Shown here: positions 42,501 to 57,500 of the stretch, piece after piece
Layout of the letters: the number at the start of each line of letters is the position of its first letter
How positions within the stretch are numbered: the first letter of the stretch is position 1
Source of the DNA: Eledone cirrhosa
Lineage: Eukaryota
Length of the DNA stretch: 64,000 bases
Assembly: GCA_964016885.1 (NCBI GenBank)
Contig: OZ024740.1
Span: forward strand, 36,952,001 to 37,016,000
Direction of reading: 5' to 3'
Program-made: the position numbers and the translations under genes
The notes under the pieces: generated by a model
The model's input: the letters and a program-made list of their open reading frames with translations, nothing else
Database searches by the model: none
What the model was told of the DNA's origin: nothing

Positions 42501-45500
42501 TGACCTGCGGTTAAACAATATATATTATAGAATTGTAGAGCAGAGCTGACCTGTGGTTAAACAATATATATTATAGAATTGTAGATCAGAGCTGACCTGT
42601 GGTTAAACAATATATATTATAGAATTGTAGATCAGAGCTGACCTGTGGTTAACCAATATATATTATAGAATTGTAGATCAGAGCTGACCTGTGGTTAAAC
42701 AATATATATTATAGAATTGTAGTTCAGAGCTGACATGTGGTTAAATAATAAATATTATAGAATTGTAGATCAGAGCTGACCTGTGGTTAAAGAATATATA
42801 TAATAGAATTGAAGATCAGAGCTGACCTGTAGTTAAACAATATATATTATAGAATTGTAGATCAGAGCTGTCCTCTGGTTAAACAATATATATTATAGAA
42901 TTGTAGATCAGAGCAGACTTGAGGTTAAACAATATATATTATAGAATTGTAGATCAGAGCTGTCCTGTGGTTAAACAATATATATTAAAGAATTGTAGAT
43001 CAGAGCTGACCTGTGGTTAAATAATATATATTATAGAATTGTAGATCAGAGCTGACCTGTGGTTAACCAATATATATTATAGAATTGTAGATCAGAGCTG
43101 ACCTGTGGTTAAACAATATATATTATAGAATTGTAGATCAGAGCTGACCTGTGGTTAAAGAATATATATTATAGAATTGAAGATCAGAGCTGACCTGAGG
43201 TTAAACAATATATATTATAGAATTGTAGATCAGAGCTGACCTGTGGTTAAACAATATAAATTATAGAATTGTAAATCAGAGCTGACCTGTGGTTAAACAA
43301 TATATATTATAGAATTGTAGATCAGAGCTGACATGTGGTTAAATAATAAATATTATAGAATTGTAGATCACAGCTGACCTGTGGTTAAACAATATATATT
43401 ATAGAATTGTAGATCAGAGCAGACTTGAGGTTAAACAATATATATTAGAGAATTGTAGATCAGAGCTGACCTGTGGTTAAACAATATATATTATAGAATT
43501 GTAGATCAGAGCTGATCTGTGGTTAAACTATATATTATAGAATTGTAGATCAGAGCTTACCTCTGGTTAAATAATATATATTATAGAATAGTAGATCAGA
43601 GCTGACCTGTGGTTAGACAATATATATTATAGAATTGTAGATCAGAGCTGACCTGTGGTTAAACAATATATATTATAGAATTGTAGATGAGAGCTGACCT
43701 GTGGTTGAACAATATATATTATAGAATTGTAGATCAGAACTGACCTGTGGTTAAACAATATATATTATAGAATTTTTTATCAGAGCTGACCTGTGGTTAA
43801 ACAATATATATTATAGAATTGTAGATCAGAGCTGTCCTCTGGTTAAACAATATATATTATAGAATTGTAGATCAGAGCTGACCTGAGGTTAAACAATATA
43901 TATTATAGAATTGTAGATCAGAGCTGACCTGTGGTTAAACAATATATATTATAGAATTGTAGATCAGAGCTGACCAGTGGTTAAACAATATATATTATAG
44001 AATTGTAGATCAGAGCTGACCTGTGGTTAAACAATATATATTATAGAATTGTAGATCAGAGCTGATCTGTGGTTAAACAATATATATTATAGAATTGTAG
44101 ATCAGAGCTGACCTGAGTTAAACAATATAAATTATAGAATTGTAGATCAGAGCTGACCTGTGGTTAAACAATATATATTATAGAATTGTAGATCAGAGCT
44201 GTCCTCTGGCTAAACAACATATGTTATAGATTTGTAGATCAGAGCTGTCCTCTGGTTAAACAATATATATTATAGAATTGTAGATCAGAGCTGACCTGTG
44301 GTTAAACAATATATATTATAGAATTGTAGATCAGAGCTGACCTGTGGTTAAACAATATATATTATAGAATTGTAGATCGGAGCTGACTTGAGGTTAAACA
44401 ATATATATTATAGAATTGTAGATCAGAGCTGACCTGTGGTTAAACAATATATATTATAGAATAGTAGATCAGAGCTGACCTGTGGTTAAACAATATATAT
44501 TATAGAATTGTCGATCAGTGCTGACCTGTGGTTAAACAATATATATTATAGAATTGTCGATCAGTGCTGACCTGAGGTTAAACAATATAAATTATAGAAT
44601 TGTAGATCAGAACTGACCTGTGGTTAAACAATATATATTATAGAATTGTAGATCAGAGCTGACCTGTCGTTAAACAATATATATAATAGAATTGTATATG
44701 AGAGCTGACCTGTGGTTAAACAATATATATTATAGAATTGTAGATCAGAGCTGACCTGTGGTTAACCAATATATATTATAGAATTGTAGATCAGAGCTGA
44801 CCTGTGGTTAAACAATATATATTATAGAATTGTAGATCAGAGCTGACCAGTGGTTAAACAATATATATTATAGAATTGTAGATCAGAGCTGACCTGTGGT
44901 TAAACAATATATATTATAGAATTGTAGATCAGAGCTGATCTGTGGTTAAACAATATATATTATAGAATTGTAGATCAGAGCTGACCTGAGGTTAAACAAT
45001 ATAAATTATAGAATTGTAGATCAGAGCTGACCTGTGGTTAAACAATATATATTATAGAATTGTAGATCAGAGCTGTCCTCTGGCTAAACAACATATGTTA
45101 TAGATTTGTAGATCAGAGCTGTCTTCTGGTTAAACAATATATATTATAGAATTGTAGATCAGAGCTGACCTGTGGTTAAACAATATATATTATAGAATTG
45201 TAGATCAGAGCTGACCTGTGGTTAAACAATATATATTATAGAATTGTAGATCAGAGCTGACTTGAGGTTAAACAATATATATTATAGAATTGTAGATCAG
45301 AGCTGACCTGTGGTTAAACAATATATATAATAGAATTGTAGATGAGAGCTGACCTGTGGTTAAACAATATATATTATAGAATTGTAGATCAGAGCTGACC
45401 TGTGGTTAAACAATATATATAATAGAATTGTAGATCAGAGCTGACCTGTGGTTAAACAATATATATAATAGAATTGTAGATCAGAGCTGACCTGAGGTTA

Positions 45501-48500
45501 AACAATATAAATTATAGAATTGTAGATCAGAGCTGAACTGTGGTTAAACAATATATATTATAGAATTGTAGATCAGAGCTGACCTGTGGTTAAACAATAT
45601 ATATTATAGAATTGTAGATCAGAGCTGACCTGTGGTTAAACAATATATATAATAGAATTGTAGATCAGAGCTGACCTGAGGTTAAACAATATAAATTATA
45701 GAATTGTAGATCAGAGCTGAACTGTGGTTAAACAATATATATTATAGAATTTTAGATCAGAGCTGACCTGTGGTTAAACAATATATATTATAGAATTGTA
45801 GATCAGAGCTGACCTGTGGTTAAACAATATATATTATAGAATAGTAGATCAGAGCTGACCTGTAGTTAAACAATATATATTATAGAATTGTCGATCAGTG
45901 CTGACCTGTGGTTAAACAATATATATTATAGAATTGTAGATCAGAGCTGACCTGTGGTTAAACAATATATATTATAGAATTGTAGATCAGACCTGACCTG
46001 TGGTTAAACAATATATATTATAGAATTGTAGATCAGAGCTGACCTGTGGTTAAACAATATATATTATAGAATTGTAGATAAGAGCTGACCTGTCGTTAAA
46101 CAATATATATAATAGAATTGTATATGAGAGCTGACCTGTGGTTAAACAATATATATTATAGAATTGTAGATCAGAGCTGACCTGTGCTTAACCAATATAT
46201 ATTATAGAATTGTAGATCAGAGCTGACCTGTGGTTAAACAATATATATTATCGAATTGTAGTTCAGAGCTGACATGTGGTTAAATAATAAATATTATAGA
46301 ATTGTAGATCAGAGCTGACCTGTGGTTAAAGAATATATATTATAGAATTGAAGATCAGAGCTGACCTGTAGTTAAACAATATATATTATAGTATTGTAGA
46401 TCAGAGCTGACCTGTGGTTAAACAATATATATTATAGAATTGTAGATCAGAGCTGTCCTCTGGTTAAACAATATATATTATAGAATTGTAGATCAGAGCA
46501 GACTTGAGGTTAAACAATATATATTATAGAATTGTAGATCAGAGCTGTCCTGTGGTTAAACAATATATATTAAAGAATTGTAGATCAGAGCTGACCTGTG
46601 GTTAAATAATATATATTATAGAATTGTAGATCAGAGCTGACCTGTGGTTAAACAATATATATTATAGAATTGTAGATCAGAGCTGACCTGAGTTTAAACA
46701 ATATAAATTATAGAATTGTAGATCAGAGCTGACCTGTGGTTAAACAATATATATTATAGAATTGTAGATCAGAGCTGTCCTCTGGCTAAACAACATATGT
46801 TATAGAATTGTAGATCAGAGCTGTCCTCTGGTTAAACAATATATATTATAGAATTGTAGATCAGAGCTGACCTGTGGTTAAACAATATATATTATAGAAT
46901 TGTAGATCAGAGCTGACCTGTGGTTAAACAATATATATAATAGAATTGTAGATGAGAGCTGACCTGTGGTTAAACAATATATCTTATAGAATTGTAGATC
47001 AGAGCTGACATGTGGTTAAATAATAAACATTATAGAATTGTAGATCAGAGCTGACCTGTGGTTAAACAATATATATTATAGAATTGTAGATCAGAGCTGA
47101 CCTATGGTTAAACAATATATATTATAGAATTGTAGATCAGAGCTGACCTGTGGTTAAACAAAATATATTATAGAATTGTAGAGCAGAGCTGACCTGTGGT
47201 TAAACAAAATATATTATAGAATTGTAGATCAGAGCTGTCCTCTGGTTAAACAATATATATTATAGAATTGAAGATCAGAGCTGACCTGTAGTTAAACAAT
47301 ATATATTATAGAATTGTAGATCAGAGCTGTCCTCTGGTTAAACAATATATATTATAGAATTGTAGATCAGAGCAGACTTGAGGTTAAACAATATATATTA
47401 TAGAGTTGTAGATCAGAGCTGATCTGTGGTTAAACAATATATATTATAGAATTGTAGATCAGAGCTGACCTGTGGTTAAACAAAATATATTATAGAATTG
47501 TAGAGCAGAGCTGACCTGTGGTTAAACAAAATATATTATAGAATTGTAGAGCAGAGCTGACCTGTGGTTAAACAATATATATTATAGAATTGTAGATCAG
47601 AGCTGACCTGCAGTTAAACAATATATATTATAGTATTGTAGATCAGAGCTGACCTGTGGTTAAACAAAATATATTATAGAATTGTAGATCAGAGCTGGCC
47701 TGTCGTTAAACATATATATTATAGAATTGTAGATCAGAGCTGATTTGCGGTTAAACAATATATATTATAGAATTGTAGAGCAGAGCTGACCTGTGGTTAA
47801 ACAATATATATTATAGAATTGTAGATCAGAGCTGACCTGTGGTTAACCAATATATATTATAGAATTGTAGATCAGAGCTGACCTGTGGTTCAACAATATA
47901 TATTATAGAATTGTAGTTCAGAGCTGACATGTGGTTAAATAATAAATATTATAGAATTGTAGATCAGAGCTGACCTGTGGTTAAAGAATATATATTATAG
48001 AATTGAAGATCAGAGCTGACCTGTAGTTAAACAATATATATTATAGAATTGTAGATCAGAGCTGTCCTCTGGTTAAACAATATATATTATAGAATTGTAG
48101 ATCAGAGCAGACTTGAGGTTAAACAATATATATTATAGAGTTGTAGATCAGAGCTGATCTGTGGTTAAACAATATATATTATAGAATTGTAGATCAGAGC
48201 TGACCTGAGGTTAAACAATATAAATTATAGAATTGTAGATCAGAGCTGACCTGTGGTTAAACAATATATATTATAGAATTGTAGATCAGAACTGTCCTCT
48301 GGCTAAACAACATATGTTATAGATTTGTAGATCAGAGCTGTCCTCTGGTTAAACAATATATATTATAGAATTGTAGATCAGAGCTGACCTGTGGTTAAAC
48401 AATATATATTATAGAATTGTAGATCAGAGCTGTCCTCTGGCTAAACAACATATGTTATAGATTTGTAGATCAGAGCTGTCCTCTGGTTAAACAATATATA

Positions 48501-51500
48501 TTATAGAATTGTAGATCAGAGCTGACCTGTGGTTAAACAATATATATTATAGAATTGTAGATCAGAGCTGACCTGTGGTTAAACAATATATATTATAGAA
48601 TTGTAGATCAGAGCTGACCTGAGGTTAAACAATATAAATTATAGAATTGTAGATCAGAGCTGACCTGTGGTTAAACAATATATATATAATAGAATTGTAG
48701 ATGAGAGCTGACCTGTGGTTAAACAATATATATTATAGAATTGTAGATCAGAGCTGACCTGTGGTTAACCAATATATATTATAGAATTGTAGATCAGAGC
48801 TGAACTGTGGTTAAACAATATATATTATAGAATTGTAGATCAGAGCTGACCTGTGGTTAAACAATATATATTATAGAATTGTAGATCAGAGCTGACCTGT
48901 GGTTAAACAATATATATTATAGAATTGTAGATCAGAGCTGACCTGTCGTTAAATAATATATATTATAGAATTGTAGAGCAGAGCTGACCTGTGGTTAAAC
49001 AATATATATTTTAGAATTGTAGATCAGAGCTGAAATGTGGTTAAACAATATATATTATAGAATTGTAGATCAGAGCTGACCTGTGGTTAAACAATATATA
49101 TTATAGAATTTTAGATCAGAGCTGACCTGAGGTTAAACAATATATATTATAGAATTGTAGATCAGAGCTGACCTGTGGTTAAACAATATATCTTATAGAA
49201 TTGTAGATCAGAGCTGACATGTGGTTAAATAATAAACATTATAGAATTGTAGATCAGAGCTGACCTGTGGTTAAACAATATATATTATACAATTGTAGAT
49301 CAGAGCTGACCTATGGTTAAACAATATATATTATAGAATTGTAGATCAGAGCTGACCTGTGGTTAAACAAAATATATTATAGAATTGTAGAGCAGAGCTG
49401 ACCTGTGGTTGAACAAAATATATTATAGAATTGTAGAGCAGAGCTGACCTGTGGTTAAACAATATATATTATAGAATTGTAGATCAGAGCTGACCTGCAG
49501 TTAAACAATATATATTATAGTATTGTAGATCAGAGCTGACCTGTGGTTAAACAACATATATTATAGAATTGTAGATCAGAGCTGGCCTGTCGTTAAACAT
49601 ATATATTATAGAATTGTAGATCAGAGCTGACCTGCGGTTAAACAATATATATTATAGAATTGTAGAGCAGAGCTGACCTGTGGTTAAACAATATATATTA
49701 TAGAATTGTAGATCAGAGCTGACCTGTGGTTAACCAATATATATTATAGAATTGTAGATCAGAGCTGTCCTCTGGTTAAACAATATATATTATAGAATTG
49801 TAGATCAGAGCAGACTTGAGGTTAAACAATATATATTATAGAATTGTAGTTCAGAGCTGACATGTGGTTAAATAATAAATATTATAGAATTGTAGATCAG
49901 AGCTGACCTGTGGTTAAAGAATATATATTATAGAATTGAAGATCAGAGCTGACCTGTAATTAAACAATATATATTATAGAATTGTAGATCAGAGCTGTCC
50001 TCTGGTTAAACAATATATATTATAGAATTGTAGATCAGAGCAGACTTGAGGTTAAACAATATATATTATAGAGTTGTAGATCAGAGCTGTCCTGTGGTTA
50101 AACAATATATATTAAAGAATTGTAGATCAGAGCTGACCTGTGGTTAAATAATATATATTATAGAATTGTAGATCAGAGCTGACCTGTGGTTAACCAATAT
50201 ATATTATAGAATTGTAGATCAGAGCTGACCTGTGGTTAAACAATATATATTATAGAGTTGTAGATCAGAGCTGTCCTGTGGTTAAAGAATATATATTATA
50301 GAATTGTAGATCAGAGCTGACCTGTGGTTAAACAATATATATTATAGAATTGTAGATCAGAGCTGACCAGTGGTTAAACAATATATATTATAGAATTGTA
50401 GATCAGAGCTGACATGTGGTTAAACAATATATATTATAGAATTGTAGATCAGAGCTGACCTGAGGTTAAACAATAAAAATTATAGAATTGTAGATCAGAG
50501 CTGACCTGTGGTTAAACAATATATATTATAGAATTGTAGATCAGAGCTGTCCTCTGGCTAATCAACATATGTTATAGATTTGTAGATCAGAGCTGTCCTC
50601 TGGTTAAACAATATATATTATAGAATTGTAGATCAGAGCTGACCTGTGGTTAAACAATATATATTATAGAATTGTAGATCAGACCTGACCTGTGGTTAAA
50701 CAATATATATTATAGAATTGTAGATCAGAGCTGACTTGAAGTTAAACAATATATATTATAGAATTGTAGATCAGAGCTAACCTGTGCTTAAACAATATAT
50801 ATAATAGAATTGTAGATGAGAGCTGACCTGTGGTTAAACAATATATATTATAGAATAGTAGATCAGAGCTGAACTGTGGTTAAACAATATATATTATAGA
50901 ATTTTAGATCATAGCTGACCTGTGGTTAAACAATATATATTATAGAATAGTAGATCAGAGCTGACCTGTGGTTAAACAATATATATTATAGAATTGTCGA
51001 TCAGTGCTGACCTGTGGTTAAACAATATATATTATAGAATTGTAGATCAGAGCTGACCTGTGGTTAAACAATATATATTATAGAATTGTAGATCAGAGCT
51101 GTCCTCTGGTTAAACAATATATATTATAGAATTGTAGATCAGAGCTGATCTGTCGTTAAACAATATATATAATAGAATTGTATATGAGAGCTGACCTGTG
51201 GTTAAACAATATATATTATAGAATTGTAGATCAGAGCTGACCTGTGGTTAACCAATATATATTATAGAATTGTAGATCAGAGCTGACCTGTGGTTAACCA
51301 ATATATATTATAGAATTGTAGATCAGAGCTGTCCTCTGGTTAAACAATATATATTATAGAATTGTAGATCAGAGCTGATCTGTCGTTAAACAATATATAT
51401 AATAGAATTGTATATGAGAGCTGACCTGTGGTTAAACAATATATATTATAGAATTGTAGATCAGAGCTGACCTGTGGTTAACCAATATATATTATAGAAT

Positions 51501-54500
51501 TGTAGATCAGAGCTGACCTGTGGTTAACCAATATATATTATAGAATTGTAGATCAGAGCTGTCCTCTGGTTAAACAATATATATTATAGAATTGTAGATC
51601 AGAGCTGACCTGTGGTTAAACAATATATATTATAGAATTGTAGATCAGAGCTGACCTGTGGTTAAATAATACATATTATAGAATTGTAGATCAGAACTGA
51701 CCTGTGGTTAAACAATATATATTATAGAATTGTATATGAGAGCTGACCTGTGGTTAAACAATACATATTATAGAATTGTAGATCAGAGCTGACCTGTGGT
51801 TAAACAATATATATTATAGAATTGTAGATCAGAGCTGACCTGTGGTTAAACAATATATATTATAGAATTGTAGATCAGAGCTGACCTGTGGTTAAATAAT
51901 ACATATTATAGAATTGTAGATCAGAGCTGACCTGTGGTTAAACAATATATATTATAGAATTGTATATGAGAGCTGACCTGTGGTTAAACAATATATATTA
52001 TAGAATTGTAGATCAGAGCTGACCTGTGGTTAAACAATATATATTATAGAATTGTAGATCAGAGCTGACCTGTGGTTAAACAATATATATTATAGAATTG
52101 TAGATCAGAGCTGACCTGTGGTTAAACAATATATATTATAGAATTGTAGATCAGAGCTGACCTGTGGTTAAACAATATATATTATAGAATTGTAGATCAG
52201 AGCTGACCTGTGGTTAAACAATATATATTATAGAATTGTAGATCAGAGCTGACCTGTGGTTAAACAATATATATTATAGAATTGTAGATCAGAGCTGACC
52301 TGTGGTTAAACAATATATATTATAGAATTGTAGATCAGAGCTGTCCTGTGGTTAAACAATACATATTATAGAATTGTAGATCAGAGCTGACCTGTGGTTA
52401 AACAATATATATTATAGAATTGTAGATCAGAGCTGACCTGTGGTTAAATAATACATATTATAGAATTGTAGATCAGAGCTGACCTGTGGTTAAACAATAT
52501 ATATTATAGAATTGTAGATCAGAGCTGACCTGTGGTTAAACAATATATATTATAGAATTGTAGATCAGAGCTGTCCTGTGGTTAAACAATACATATTATA
52601 GAATTGTAGATCAGAGCTGTCCTGTGGTTAAACAATACATATTATAGAATTGTAGATCAGAGCTGACCTGTGGTTAAACAATATATATTATAGAATTGTA
52701 GATCAGAGCTGACCTGTGGTTAAACAATATATATTATAGAATTGTAGATCAGAGCTGACCTGTGGTTAAACAATATATATTATAGAATTGTAGATCAGAG
52801 CTGACCTGTGGTTAAACAATATATATTATAGAATTGTAGATCAGAGCTGACCTGTGGTTAAACAATATATATTATAGAATTGTAGATCAGAGCTGACCTG
52901 TGGTTAAATAATACATATTATAGAATTGTAGATCAGAGCTGACCTGTGGTTAAACAATACATATTATAGAATTGTAGATCTAGATCAGTGCTGACCTGTG
53001 GTTAAACAATATATATTATAGAATTGTAGATCAGAGCTGACCTGTGGTTAAATAATACATATTATAGAATTGTAGATCAGAGCTGACCTGTGGTTAAACA
53101 ATACATATTATAGAATTGTAGATCTAGATCAGTGCTGACCTGTGGTTAAACAATATATATTATAGAATTGTAGATCAGAGCTGACCTGTGGTTAAACAAT
53201 ATATATTATAGAATTGTAGATCAGAGCTGACCTGTGGTTAAACAATATATATTATAGAATTGTAGATCAGAGCTGACCTGTGGTTAAACAATATATATTA
53301 TAGAATTGTAGATCAGAGCTGACCTGTGGTTAAACAATATATATTATAGAATTGTAGATCAGAGCTGACCTGTGGTTAAACAATATATATTATAGAATTG
53401 TAGATCAGAGCTGACCTGTGGTTAAACAATATATATTATAGAATTGTAGATCAGAGCTGACCTGTGGTTAAACAATACATATTATAGAATTGTAGATCAG
53501 AGCTGACCTGTGGTTAAACAATATATATTATAGAATTGTAGATCAGAGCTGACCTGTGGTTAAACAATATATATTATAGAATTGTAGATCAGAGCTGACC
53601 TGTGGTTAAATAATACATATTATAGAATTGTAGATCAGAGCTGACCTGTGGTTAAACAATATATATTATAGAATTGTAGATCAGAACTTACCTGTGGTTA
53701 ACCAATATATATTATAGAATTGTAGATCAGAGCTGATCTGTGGTTAAACAATATATATTATAGACTTGTAGATCAGAGCTGGCCTGAGGTTAATAATACA
53801 TATTATAGAATTGTAGATCAGAGCTGACCTGTGGTTAAACAATATATAATATAGAATTGTAGATCAGAGCTGATCTGTGGTTAAACAATATATAATTTAG
53901 AATTGTATATCAGAGCTGACCTGTGTTTAAACAATACATATTATAGAATTGTAGATCAGAGCTGACCTGTGGTTAAATAATACATATTATAGAATTGTAG
54001 ATCAGAGCTGACCTGTGGTTAAACAATATATATTATAGAATTGTAGATCAGAGCTGACCTGTGGTTAAACAATATATATTATAGAATTGTAAATCAGAGC
54101 TGACCTGTGGTTAAACAATACATATTATAGAATTGTAGATCAGAGCTGACCTGTGATTAAACAATATATATTATAGAATTGTAGATGAGGGCTGACCTGT
54201 GGTTAAACAATATATATTATAGAATTGTAGATCAGAGCTGACCTGTGGTTAAACAATATATATTATAGAATTGTAGAACAGAGCTGACCTGCAGTTAAAC
54301 AATATATATTATAGTATTGTAGATCAGAGCTGACCTGTGGTTAAACAATATATATTATAGAATTGTAGATCAGAGCTGACCTGTGGTTAAACAATATATA
54401 TTATAGAATTGTAGATCAGAGCTGACCTGTGGTTAAACAATATATATTATAGAATTGTAGATCAGAGCTGACCTGTGGTTAAACAATATATATTATAGAA

Positions 54501-57500
54501 TTGTAGATCAGAGCTGACCTGTGGTTAAACAATATATATTATAGAATTGTAGATCAGAGTTGTCCTGTGGTTAAACAATATATATTATAGAATTGTAGAT
54601 CAGAGCTGACCTGTGGTTAAACAATATATATTATAGAATTGTAGATCAGAGTTGTCCTGTGGTTAAACAATATATATTATAGAATTGTAGATCAGAGCTG
54701 ACCTGTGGTTAAACAATATATATTATAGAATTGTAAATCAGAGCTGACCTGTGGTTAAACAATACATATTATAGAATTGTAGATCAGAGCTGACCTGTGA
54801 TTAAACAATATATATTATAGAATTGTAGATGAGGGCTGACCTGTGGTTAAACAATATATATTATAGAATTGTAGATCAGAGCTGACCTGTGGTTAAACAA
54901 TATATATTATAGAATTGTAGATCAGAGCTGACCTGCAGTTAAACAATATATATTATAGTATTGTAGATCAGAGCTGACCTGTGGTTAAACAATATATATT
55001 ATAGAATTGTAGATCAGAGCTGACCTGTGGTTAAACAATATATATTATAGAATTGTAGATCAGAGCTGACCTGTGGTTAAACAATATATATTATAGAATT
55101 GTAGATCAGAGCTGACCTGTGGTTAAACAATATATATTATAGAATTGTAGATCAGAGCTGACCTGTGGTTAAACAATATATATTATAGAATTGTAGATCA
55201 GAGTTGTCCTGTGGTTAAACAATATATATTATAGAATTGTAGATCAGAGCTGACCTGTGGTTAAACAATATATATTATAGAATTGTAGATCAGAGTTGTC
55301 CTGTGGTTAAACAATATATATTATAGAATTGTAGATCAGAGCTGACCTGTGGTTAAACAATATATATTATAGAATTGTAGATCAGAGCTGACCTGTGGTT
55401 AAACAATATATATTATAGAATTGTAGATCAGAGCTGACCTGTGGTTAAACAATATATATTATAGAATTGTAGATCAGAGTTGTCCTGTGGTTAAACAATA
55501 TATATTATAGAATTGTAGATGAGAGCTGACCTGTAGTTAAACAATATATATTATAGAATTGTAGATCAGAGCTGACCTGTGGTTAAACAATATATATTAT
55601 AGAATTGTAGATCAGAGCTGACCTGTGGTTAAACAATATATATTATAGAATTGTAGATCAGAGCTGACCTGTGGTTAAACAATATATATTATAGAATTGT
55701 AGATGAGGGCTGACCTGTGGTTAAACAATATATATTATAGAATTGTAGATCAGAGCTGTCCTCTGGTTAAACAATATATATTATAGAATTGTAGAACAGA
55801 GCTGACCTGTGGTTAAACAATATATATTATAGAATTGTAGATCAGAGCTGACCTGTGGTTAAACAATATATATTATAGAATTGTAGATCAGAGCTGACAT
55901 GTGGTTAAACAATATATATTATAGAATTGTAGATCAGAGCTGACCTGTGGTTAAACAATATATATTATAGAATTGTAGATGAGGGCTGACCTGTGGTTAA
56001 ACAATATATATTATAGAATTGTAGATCAGAGCTGTCCTCTGGTTAAACAATATATATTATAGAATTGTAGAACAGAGCTGACCTGTGGTTAAACAATATA
56101 TATTATAGAATTGTAGAACAGAGCTGACCTGTGGTTAAACAATATATATTATAGAATTGTAGATCAGAGCTGACCTGTGGTTAAACAATATATATTATAG
56201 AATTGTAGATCAGAGCTGGCCTGAGGTTAAACAATATATATTATAGAATTGTAGATCAGAGCTGACCTGTGGTTAAACAATATATATTATAGAATTGTAG
56301 ATCAGAGCTGTCCTCTGGTTAAACAATATATATTATAGAATTGTAGATCAGAGCTGACCTGTGGTTAAACAATATATATTATAGAATTGTAGATCAGAGC
56401 TGAAATGTGGTTAAACAATATATATTATAGAATTGTAGATCAGAGCTGACATGTGGTTAAACAATATATATTATAGAATTGTAGATCAGAGCTGACCTGT
56501 GGTTAAACAATATATATAATAGAATTGTAGAGCAGAGCTGACCTGTGGTTAAACAATATATATTATAGAATTGTAGATCAGAGCTGACATGTGGTTAAAC
56601 AATATATATTATAGAATTGTAGAACAGAGCTGACCTGTGGTTAAACAATATATATTATAGAATTGTAGATCAGAGCTGACCAGTGGTTAAATAATACATA
56701 TTATAGAATTGTAGATAAGAGTTGTCCTGTGGTTAAACAATATATATTATAGAATTGTAGATCAGAGCTGACCAGTGGTTAAATAATACATATTATAGAA
56801 TTGTAGATAAGAGTTGTCCTGTGGTTAAACAATATATATTATAGAATTGTAGATAAGAGCTGACCAGTGGTTAAATAATACATATTATAGAATTGTAGAT
56901 AAGAGTTGTCCTGTGGTTAAACAATATATATTATAGAATTGTAGATCAGAGCTGACCTGTGGTTAAACAATATATATTATCGAATTGTAGATAAGAGCTG
57001 TCCTGTGGTTAAACAATATGTATTATAGAATTGTAGATCAGAGCTGACCTGTGGTTAAACAATATATATTATAGAATTGTAGATAAGAGCTGTCCTGTGG
57101 TTAAACAATATATATTATAGAATTGTAGATCAGAGCTGACCTGTGGTTAAACAATATATATTATAGAATTGTAGATAAGAGCTGACCAGTGGTTAAATAA
57201 TACATATTATAGAATTGTAGATAAGAGTTGTCCTGTGGTTAAACAATATATATTATAGAATTGTAGATCAGAGCTGACCTGTGGTTAAACAATATATATT
57301 ATCGAATTGTAGATAAGAGCTGTCCTGTGGTTAAACAATATATATTATAGAATTGTAGATCAGAGCTGAACTGTGGTTAAACAATATATATTATAGAATT
57401 GTAGATCAGAGCTGACCTGTGGTTAAACAATATATATTATCGAATTGTAGATAAGAGCTGTCCTGTGGTTAAACAATATATATTATAGAATTGTAGATCA